DNA of 64,000 nt, from contig JAPDJW010000001.1 in the NCBI GenBank assembly GCA_029258885.1, positions 192,001-256,000 on the forward strand. The letters run 5' to 3'. Positions 56,849 through 64,000 of the stretch are shown in pieces. Source of the DNA: Thermoproteota archaeon (lineage in GTDB: Archaea; Thermoproteota; Thermoprotei; Thermofilales; B9-G17). The translations under genes were made by a program, and so were the position numbers. Position 1 is the stretch's first letter, and every line of letters starts with the position of its first letter. A model generated the notes under the pieces. The model saw only the letters and a program-made list of their open reading frames with translations, was not told the DNA's origin and did not search any database.

Positions 56849-57940
56849 ATGGATGTTGAAGAGAAGGTCGAACTTATATTAAGAGAGCCAACAGAGGAGG
56901 TAATTACGGTAGAGGAGCTGAGAAACCTATTCGAAACTAAAAGCCATCCAGTAGTTTATAATGGATTTGAGCCGTCGGGCCCCGTCCACCTAGGCACGGG
57001 AGTAATATGTGCTTACAAGATGAAGGACTGTATAGAGGCGGGATGCAAGGTTAAGGTTTTCCTGGCAACCTACCACGCGTGGATAAACAATAAGTTGGGA
57101 GGGGACCTAGAGAAAATAAAGTTAGCTGCGGAGCACTTCAAGCACTCTTGGATAGCCCTCGGCGTGCCAGAGGATAAAGTTGAGTTCGTAATGGCAGACG
57201 AATTATACGATGACGTAGAGTACTGGAGGAAAGTCCTCCTAGTAGCTAAGGAGATAAGCATAGCTAGGGCTAGGAGAACTCTGGAAATAGCTGGGAGAAG
57301 CGAAATAGAGGCAAAGAAGGTCTCGGATCTCATATATACTCCCATGCAGGTCGCAGACATATTTCACATGAACATAGATATATGTCAGCTTGGAATGGAT
57401 CAGAGGAAAGCTAACGTTGTAGCGAGAGAGGTCGGGCCAAAGCTCGGTTTCTGGAAACCCGTATGCGTCCACCATCATCTACTACAAGGGCTGGCAGCAC
57501 CGCCGAAGTGGCCCCTTAGTCGAGATGAATTGAAAGTTGCACTCTCATCTCTTAAGATGAGTAAAAGTAAGCCGGAAACAAGCATATACATTTATGACTC
57601 ACCGGAGGATATTAGGAGGAAGATAAGGAAGGCTTTCTGCCCTCCTGGAGAGACTTCATTCAACCCAATCCTAGACATAATGAGGTACATAATATTTCGT
57701 GAATACGATGAGGTAATAATAAAGAGGCCTAGAGCGTTGGGTGGAGGCGAGGCAGTATACCATGGCTTCGATGAAGTGAAGAGGGATTATGAGAGAGGTA
57801 GAATACATCCACTGGATTTAAAGGAGAGCGTAACGAAATACCTTACAGAGATACTTAAGCCTGTAAGGGAGTACTTCGAGAAGAATACAAGCGCTAGACG
57901 TACGCTCGAATTCATAAAGAGCGTGAAGATAACAAGGTGA
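56849..57940 (+). CDS. tyrS: Tyrosyl-tRNA synthetase
   Basis: YNGFEPSG.VHLG, YTPMQVADI, GMDQRK, KMSKS, HPLDLK motifs. Confidence 0.96.
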   Translation: MDVEEKVELILREPTEEVITVEELRNLFETKSHPVVYNGFEPSGPVHLGTGVICAYKMKDCIEAGCKVKVFLATYHAWINNKLGGDLEKIKLAAEHFKHSWIALGVPEDKVEFVMADELYDDVEYWRKVLLVAKEISIARARRTLEIAGRSEIEAKKVSDLIYTPMQVADIFHMNIDICQLGMDQRKANVVAREVGPKLGFWKPVCVHHHLLQGLAAPPKWPLSRDELKVALSSLKMSKSKPETSIYIYDSPEDIRRKIRKAFCPPGETSFNPILDIMRYIIFREYDEVIIKRPRALGGGEAVYHGFDEVKRDYERGRIHPLDLKESVTKYLTEILKPVREYFEKNTSARRTLEFIKSVKITR

Positions 57941-57944
57941 TTTC

Positions 57945-59696
57945 TTGAATAAGGAGAGAATAAGGGAGCTAGCATACAAGTACGCTCTATTAAACGCCTT
58001 TCTACATAATGGGAAGGCTGTAGCTAAGGCAGTATTAGGCAAAATTATAGCAGAGGATCCCGAGCTAAAGAGGCGAATTCCCGAGGTTATACAAGTAATT
58101 GAGGAGGTTGTTAAGGAAGTAAACAAGCTTAGCTTAAAAGAGCAGGAGAAAATATTGTCGGAGCGCTATCCTAAGCTCCTAGGGAAAAAGCCTTCCGTAG
58201 AGGAGAAAAAGCTACCGCCCTTGCCGAACGTGGATAAGTATAAGCAGGTTGTTACACGTTTTGCTCCCAACCCCGATTTCGTCCTCCATATAGGGAACGC
58301 CAGACCAGCAATATTAAGCTATGAGTATGCGAGAATGTATAAGGGTAAATTCATACTTAGATTTGAAGATACAGATCCCAAGACTAAAAGCCCTAAGCTT
58401 GAATACTACGACTTAATTAAGGATGACTTAAGGTGGCTTGGATTAAAGTGGGATGAGGAGTATATACAGTCGAAGAGAATGGAGATCTACTACGATTATG
58501 GACGGAAGCTACTGGAGCTCGGTAAGGCCTACATTTGCACTCATTCAAGTAGCGAAATAAGGGAGATGAGGAAAAAGGGCGTTAGATGTGAATGCGCTTC
58601 CTTAAGCATAGAGGATAGACTTGAGATGTGGGATAAAATGCTCGAGGGAGCGTATGGCGAGGGAGAAGCAGTATACAGGGTGATTACCGACTCCAAGCAT
58701 CCGGATCCATCCGTTAGGGATTGGATAGCATTTAGGATAATAGATACAGATAGTTATCCACATCCAATAGTAGGCTCTAAATATGTGGTATGGCCAACGT
58801 ATAACTTCGCATGCGGCGTAGATGATCATTTAATGGGGGTTACCCACATACTTAGAGCGAAAGAGCACATGGCTAACACCGTAAAGCAGAAGTTCATCTA
58901 CAAACACTTCGGATGGCGGTATCCTGAAGCTATACATTTTGGAAGACTAAAGCTAGAAGGCTTCGTATTAAGTAAGTCTAAAATAAGAGCTGGACTGGAA
59001 AGAGGGGAATACACTGGTGTGGATGACCCGAGGCTCGGCACACTGCAGGCGCTGAAGAGAAGGGGATTTACCCCCGAGAGCATATGGAGCCTAATACTAG
59101 ACGTCGGTATAAAGCCGTCATCTGCTGTAATTAGCTTCGAGAATTTAAGCGCGTTAAACCGTAAAATCATAGAGCCTAAGGCAAACAGGTACATGTTCGT
59201 ATATGATTATAAGGAGGCAAGGATAGTTGGCGTTGCAAAACCTCTGACAGCTCACGTTCCGTATCATCCGTCATTCCCGGAGAGAGGCTATAGGGAATAT
59301 AAGCTAACGCCCGAGAATGGCGCCATTTCTCTCTATATTTCGGGATCCGATTTCAATAGCTTGAAGGAAGGAGGTAACGTAAGGCTCCTCGGGCTAGCGA
59401 ACTTCAGAATTCTAAAGAAAAGTACTGAATCCCTTACACTCGAAATTGTTGGACTTAGCCTAGATGAGGCGAAGGAAGGCAAGTATCCAATAATACAATG
59501 GATTTCTCCAGCTTTCTCGGTGGACGTTGAGGTCTTAAGACCCTATCCATCTAAACTGGAGAAAATCAGAGGATTGGGTGAACGCGAATTAGCTAGGGTA
59601 GAACCCGGGCTGGTAGTTCAATTCATAAGATTCGGATTTGTAAAGATAGAGGAGGTAAACGCCAATAAGGTACTTGCAGTATACACTCATGATTAG
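57945..59696 (+). CDS. gltX: Glutamyl-tRNA synthetase
   Basis: TRFAPNP..LHIGN, RFEDTDP, WPTYNFA..VDDH..GVTH.LR.KEH, LSKS, QF.RFGF motifs. Confidence 0.96.
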   Translation: MNKERIRELAYKYALLNAFLHNGKAVAKAVLGKIIAEDPELKRRIPEVIQVIEEVVKEVNKLSLKEQEKILSERYPKLLGKKPSVEEKKLPPLPNVDKYKQVVTRFAPNPDFVLHIGNARPAILSYEYARMYKGKFILRFEDTDPKTKSPKLEYYDLIKDDLRWLGLKWDEEYIQSKRMEIYYDYGRKLLELGKAYICTHSSSEIREMRKKGVRCECASLSIEDRLEMWDKMLEGAYGEGEAVYRVITDSKHPDPSVRDWIAFRIIDTDSYPHPIVGSKYVVWPTYNFACGVDDHLMGVTHILRAKEHMANTVKQKFIYKHFGWRYPEAIHFGRLKLEGFVLSKSKIRAGLERGEYTGVDDPRLGTLQALKRRGFTPESIWSLILDVGIKPSSAVISFENLSALNRKIIEPKANRYMFVYDYKEARIVGVAKPLTAHVPYHPSFPERGYREYKLTPENGAISLYISGSDFNSLKEGGNVRLLGLANFRILKKSTESLTLEIVGLSLDEAKEGKYPIIQWISPAFSVDVEVLRPYPSKLEKIRGLGERELARVEPGLVVQFIRFGFVKIEEVNANKVLAVYTHD

Positions 59697-60098
59697 CTAT
59701 TTCTCCTCGCTTAAGTTAAACGGTTTACCGTTCTTGAGTATTTCCTCAGGAATCTTCTCCTTAAACTTCCTCAGAAACTCTATGTCTTTATCCCTATCCC
59801 TAAGTTCATCTGGTAGGAGAACGGGGATTTCCTCCATTATAGGGTACCATCTCATGCATTTTTCACATATCAGCACACCATATTCAACTTCAAACTTTAT
59901 GCATTCGTTGCAGTCGGCTTCTCCCTCCTCCAAATCTTTGACGAACTTTTCCCTGTACTGACAATAATACTCGCACACTGGTATCTTTCCGAACTCTATT
60001 TTACGCTCCGGATATTTGCGTCTGGTAAAGACTATTAGCTTTAGGGGAGAGTGTCTACAGTAGGGACATGCAAGTATATCCAACAGCCTATATTTCAT
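59697..60098 (-). CDS. Trm112-family protein
   Basis: MKYRLLDILACP.C...L, GVLICEKC.RWYPI.EEIP.LLPD motifs. Confidence 0.92.
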   Translation of the reverse strand: MKYRLLDILACPYCRHSPLKLIVFTRRKYPERKIEFGKIPVCEYYCQYREKFVKDLEEGEADCNECIKFEVEYGVLICEKCMRWYPIMEEIPVLLPDELRDRDKDIEFLRKFKEKIPEEILKNGKPFNLSEEK

Positions 60099-60207
60099 GC
60101 AACCACCTTTTCTCCTATGGATGCGATAAATATAAAACTATTCTCTTAAGATCGTTTCGCATTATCGAGAATATTTATTAAATACCTGAGTAGTCTTCAG
60201 TATGGGG

Positions 60208-60253
60208 ATGATTAGGAACTCGGGTTCTGAAGGATGAGGAATAGATAGTATGA
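60208..60253 (+). ncRNA. Box C/D sRNA candidate (first of a tandem pair)
   Basis: ATGATTA 60208-14, D' CTGA 60227-30, C' GATGAG 60233-38, D ATGA 60250-53; TTTATTAAA about 30 nt upstream. Confidence 0.55.
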
Positions 60254-60262
60254 TGACCTTTT

Positions 60263-60311
60263 GTGATGAGGATGGGAAGAGCCGAGCAGTGAGGAAACTG
60301 TCTCACACTGA
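60263..60311 (+). ncRNA. Box C/D sRNA, predicted double guide for the 23S peptidyl-transferase region
   Basis: C GTGATGA, guide GGATGGGAAGAG, D' CCGA, C' GTGAGGA, guide AACTGTCTCACA, D CTGA; 49 nt. Confidence 0.85.
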
Positions 60312-60320
60312 TATACTGTC

Positions 60321-60797
60321 ATGATCCCTATAGGAAGATTTAATAGAAAGATTGTAGATGTGTTCATAGCAAAAGGTGTTTACATGAATCGTGCTCGTGG
60401 TGCCCGTGGAGTAGCGTTGTTTCGGGTAGATAAGGATGTAGATCTTACTCTCCTCGACCTTGAGCTTATCGGACTATACTTAATTCGTAGTCCCTTTAGA
60501 GGTAAACACTATAGGCTACTTAGGGCTCTTAAGGAGCTTGAGGATATAAAGCCTGAGTTAAAAGATCTAACATACAATTTATCCCTAATGCAGTATAAGG
60601 CGGTTATTCTTGTCTGTAAATTCTACTATGATAGATTAAGTGAGGATATCATTAAGTACGTAGCCTTTGTCTCTCAAAATCCTGGCATACTAACAAGGGT
60701 TTCTAAGGAGCTAGTTAAGATAGGATGGAAAAGGGAGTTTATTCTTGATATAATTCCTGTCAAACGTAGGAAACTTACCGGAAGATTTAGATATTAG
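60321..60797 (+). CDS. Hypothetical basic protein (158 aa)
   Basis: Open frame between the sRNAs and the PhoH gene. No family recognised. Confidence 0.55.
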   Translation: MIPIGRFNRKIVDVFIAKGVYMNRARGARGVALFRVDKDVDLTLLDLELIGLYLIRSPFRGKHYRLLRALKELEDIKPELKDLTYNLSLMQYKAVILVCKFYYDRLSEDIIKYVAFVSQNPGILTRVSKELVKIGWKREFILDIIPVKRRKLTGRFRY

Positions 60798-60839
60798 TTT
60801 ACATAATTGTATTTGAACTAATTTTCTTCTGGTGATACT

Positions 60840-61988
60840 ATGGGGCTACTTGACAAGATAGAGCCCAAAACCGAGGGACAAAGGAAGCTCGTCACAGCCC
60901 TAAAGAACCCTAACATCGAGATAGTTGGCGTCTTTGGTCCCACGGGAACGGGTAAAAGCCTCCTTTCAACAGCCTACGGCATCGATTCGGTAATGGACGG
61001 CACGTACGATAGATTCATCATCTTCAGGCCCGTAATCGACGTAACTAAAGGAGTTGAGCTTACACCGATAGAGCTTGGAGACCTCTACTACAGGGTTGCA
61101 GCAGAATACTTAAACGATCTACTTCATGGATACATAAGTGGCAGCGAGTTAGGGAAGCTATTAGAATCCAAGAGAATTCTAATAGCGGATCCCCACTTCC
61201 TGAGAGGAAGAACATTCGACAATACGGTTATCCTATTTGATGACGTCCAAAATGCCTCTCCGGAGAACGTCTGCGAAACGATAATGAGGGTGGGATATAA
61301 CTCAAAGCTAATAATTGCCGGCGACCCCATATTCCAAAGCGTATCCAATCAAGAGGTGAACGTTGGCTCGCTAATAAGGGAAATACTTTTGGGTGAAGAT
61401 AAAACAGTTGTGGTAGACCTAGGATTAAAGGATATTGTTAGGCCTGGAGCCAAACGTGGATTAAGGCTGGCTCTAGAGCTTAGGATGAGGAAGCGGAGCC
61501 TAAGCGATATTGAATCAAAAATATTGAATTCCGCCAGGGTACATTCGCCAGATGCAGACGTAATAACTGTTGTTGAGTTTAAGGATAAGAAGGAGGAGCT
61601 GAATATAACCAGTGAAAATGCCCCGGATGCATTGATAATCTCTAAGGAAGGCTATCTAGGTAGGCTTGTCGGAAGGGGCGGAGAGAGGATACAGGCGATA
61701 GAGAAGGACTTGGGAATGAAGATTAGGTGCGTAGAGCTAACATCCAGCCTAAAGGACATCGTAACGGCCGTCCATCCGGTTGGATGGATAGGAAAGCATA
61801 TAGTCGACGTAGACTTTGCCGGTCCCTCGCTACAAGTATCCGTTATATCCGATGCACTAGGGGCCTTTATCGGACAAAAGGGTATGTACATAAGGTTGCT
61901 CGATCATGTCTTTAATAAACTGATGGGTATAGGGGTTATCGTAAGTACAGTTGAAGCTAAGCGTAAAGCTAGGAGAAGGAAAAGATAA
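60840..61988 (+). CDS. PhoH-family ATPase with C-terminal KH domains
   Basis: PKT.GQ, GPTGTGKS, FLRGRTF, DDVQN, AGDP; KH motifs GRLVGRGGERI and GAFIGQKG. Confidence 0.9.
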   Translation: MGLLDKIEPKTEGQRKLVTALKNPNIEIVGVFGPTGTGKSLLSTAYGIDSVMDGTYDRFIIFRPVIDVTKGVELTPIELGDLYYRVAAEYLNDLLHGYISGSELGKLLESKRILIADPHFLRGRTFDNTVILFDDVQNASPENVCETIMRVGYNSKLIIAGDPIFQSVSNQEVNVGSLIREILLGEDKTVVVDLGLKDIVRPGAKRGLRLALELRMRKRSLSDIESKILNSARVHSPDADVITVVEFKDKKEELNITSENAPDALIISKEGYLGRLVGRGGERIQAIEKDLGMKIRCVELTSSLKDIVTAVHPVGWIGKHIVDVDFAGPSLQVSVISDALGAFIGQKGMYIRLLDHVFNKLMGIGVIVSTVEAKRKARRRKR

Positions 61989-63934
61989 TGTCGCTATCAA
62001 GGAGAAGAATAGATGTTCTAATAGTTGCCGAGAAGCCTAAAGTAGCCTACGCCTTTGCTAAATACCTAGCTGAATCCAGCATTAAAAGCGAGAAGGTGTA
62101 TGGAGTCAACGTGTATCTTTTCGCTAGGGAAGGTAAGGTATGGGCATCCATAGGGCTGAGCGGACACCTAATGAACTACGATTTTCCCCAGGAGTACAAC
62201 AGATGGAAGTCCATAAATCCTAGAGATCTCTTTAAAATAGATCCAATTAAAGTAGTTAGAAGGGAATGCGTAAAGTACGTTTTAGCTTTAAGAGAGCTGG
62301 CGAAATACTCCAGTCTCGTAATACTTGCACTGGACGCTGATGCTGAGGGAGAAAGCATAACATTTGAAGTAATGGAGGTCATTAGGAAGGCTAATCCGTA
62401 CGTAACCTTCCGCAGAGCGTGGTTTTGCGCCATCACAAAGAGGGATATACTAAATGCAATAAAGAACCTCACTGACCCTAATCCTAGGCTTGCGAATAAG
62501 AGCTTCGCCAGAATGATCGTTGACTTAACTATAGGGGCAGCTTTCACTAGGGCATTAACTTTGGCCGTTGAAAGGGAGAGGCGAAACATATTTCCGAGAG
62601 GGAAATTTCTAAGCTATGGCCCCTGCCAATCCCCAGTATTATACCTGGTTGTAAAGAGGGCTTGGGAGAGGGAGGAATTCAGGAAGAAGAAATACTATGT
62701 TATAGAGGCTTACGCGTTAATCAATGGAGTAAAAATTAAGCTACAGTACGAGAAGGGTAGAATTGATGATAAAAAGGAGGCGCTACAGCTTTTCAATAAA
62801 GTTAAAGAGGTAAAGGTAGGGGCTGTTGAAGAGTACAAGGTAAGTGAAAAACTAGTTAAGCCCCCTGAGCCTCTTAACACTATAGAAATGGAGAGGAAAG
62901 CCAGCCTATACCTCAATATAAGGCCTAAGGACGCGCTAGATATAGCTGAGGAGCTCTATAGAGATGGTTTAATATCGTATCCGAGAACGGAGACAACAAT
63001 ATATCCTCCAACGCTAAATCTTAGAGAAATAGTATACAATTTGTCGAAGGGAATAGAATACAGCAGCTACATTAGCAAGTACATACTATCGAAGCCTAGG
63101 CTCACGCCCACCAGGGGTTCGGAGGACGATAAGGCCCACCCACCAATACATCCTCTAAGGTATGCAAGCAGGGAGTATTTATCAAGGAAGCTCAGCTCAA
63201 AAGCGTATAAGCTCTACGACTACATAGTGAGGCATTTCCTGGCAACGCTAAGCGATCCAGCTAGGGTTGAAAACCAGAAAATAGCTGTGTCTATAGGAGG
63301 CTTAAGGTTCGTAGCTAAAGGATCCAAGGTTTTATATGAAGGATTCTGGAGAATATACCCCTACAGTAAGATCACAAGCAAGCCTATCCCGAGAACAAGG
63401 CGTGGAGAACAAATACGTATACTTTCAGTCGAGTTAGTTGAGAGAGAAACTCAGCCTCCTCCGTATCTCTCTGAAGCCGAGCTCCTTAGGCTCATGAAGA
63501 AATACGGCATAGGAACAGACGCTACAATGCAGGATCACATACATACTAACGTAAAGAGAAAATATTTTATCATAAAGAACAAGCGCTGTATTCCCACGCC
63601 GTTAGGCAAGGCTGTAATAGCTGCACTGTATCAAACGGTCCCTGAGGCAGTAAAGCCTGAAGTAAGAGGAAATATGGAGAAGAAACTGTTAGAAATAGCT
63701 GAGGGGAAGCGTAACCTAGAGGATGTAGTTAATGAGATTAAGGGAGTATTCCTTCAGTATTTCGATAGATTCATGAGTAAGGAGAAGGAGGTAGTTAAAA
63801 ATATCGTAAGCGCTCTTGAAGAGGTATACCAGAGAACTGGCATCAAAAGTAAAACATCGGGAGCAAAACCCGCAAAAAGACGAAGAACATATGAGGTGAG
63901 GCTGAAGTCAGCCAGAGAATACTTTAAGGTATAG
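61988..63934 (+). CDS. topA: Type IA DNA topoisomerase (archaeal TopA/Topo III-like)
   Basis: LIVAEKP TOPRIM, ALDADAEGE, SYGPCQ.P.L, LISYPRT (catalytic Tyr), AHPPIHP, GIGT.AT motifs. Confidence 0.95.
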   Translation: MSLSRRRIDVLIVAEKPKVAYAFAKYLAESSIKSEKVYGVNVYLFAREGKVWASIGLSGHLMNYDFPQEYNRWKSINPRDLFKIDPIKVVRRECVKYVLALRELAKYSSLVILALDADAEGESITFEVMEVIRKANPYVTFRRAWFCAITKRDILNAIKNLTDPNPRLANKSFARMIVDLTIGAAFTRALTLAVERERRNIFPRGKFLSYGPCQSPVLYLVVKRAWEREEFRKKKYYVIEAYALINGVKIKLQYEKGRIDDKKEALQLFNKVKEVKVGAVEEYKVSEKLVKPPEPLNTIEMERKASLYLNIRPKDALDIAEELYRDGLISYPRTETTIYPPTLNLREIVYNLSKGIEYSSYISKYILSKPRLTPTRGSEDDKAHPPIHPLRYASREYLSRKLSSKAYKLYDYIVRHFLATLSDPARVENQKIAVSIGGLRFVAKGSKVLYEGFWRIYPYSKITSKPIPRTRRGEQIRILSVELVERETQPPPYLSEAELLRLMKKYGIGTDATMQDHIHTNVKRKYFIIKNKRCIPTPLGKAVIAALYQTVPEAVKPEVRGNMEKKLLEIAEGKRNLEDVVNEIKGVFLQYFDRFMSKEKEVVKNIVSALEEVYQRTGIKSKTSGAKPAKRRRTYEVRLKSAREYFKV

Positions 63935-64000
63935 CTATTGCCTTAAAACACCCTTCTTCCTCAGCTCAGACTTAACTTTCCTTAAAATATCCATAATTTT
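63935..64000 (-). CDS. 3' end of an unidentified gene running off the window end
   Basis: Minus frame KIMDILRKVKSELRKKGVLRQ followed by TAG, abutting the topA stop. Confidence 0.5.
   Translation of the reverse strand, partial: KIMDILRKVKSELRKKGVLRQ

Overview
This is a gene-dense archaeal chromosomal segment from a probably thermophilic Thermoproteota/TACK lineage. The assignment rests on Alba, Top6A/B, archaeal TIM, archaeal AspRS/TyrS/GluRS, DtdA, Trm112, a CdvA-like and a ribophorin-I-like protein, GGTGA/GAGG ribosome-binding sites and TTG/GTG starts. Most genes are housekeeping: ahcY, mtnP, rnhB, sucCD, a P-type ATPase, a DASS transporter, albA, tpiA, top6AB, dtdA, tyrS, gltX, a PhoH-KH protein and topA. 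There is also a cluster of four intron-less tRNAs (Pro-TGG, Phe-GAA, Asn-GTT, Leu-CAA). I saw no CRISPR array, transposase or integrase. The main signal missing from the ORF track is about 11 intergenic ~50-nt box C/D guide-sRNA candidates. Several have recognisable targets: one pairs with the anticodon loop of the tRNA-Pro in this window (predicted Um34), others with 23S H69, H71 and the peptidyl-transferase region, one with 16S around position 360, and one with the 16S anti-Shine-Dalgarno tail. Other notable items are an OB-fold / PIP-like winged-helix / unknown / unknown / RNase HII operon, a hidden CTG-start ORF, a HerA-like ATPase with a Cys-rich tail, a 1518-aa surface protein built of W-x-H-N repeats, orphan VirB2-like and type IV pilins, an orphan CdvA-like gene and a Cbp1-like triple-HTH protein. 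All protein family calls come from motif recognition by eye. The rRNA targets use conserved rRNA sequences recalled from memory, because no rRNA gene lies in the window.
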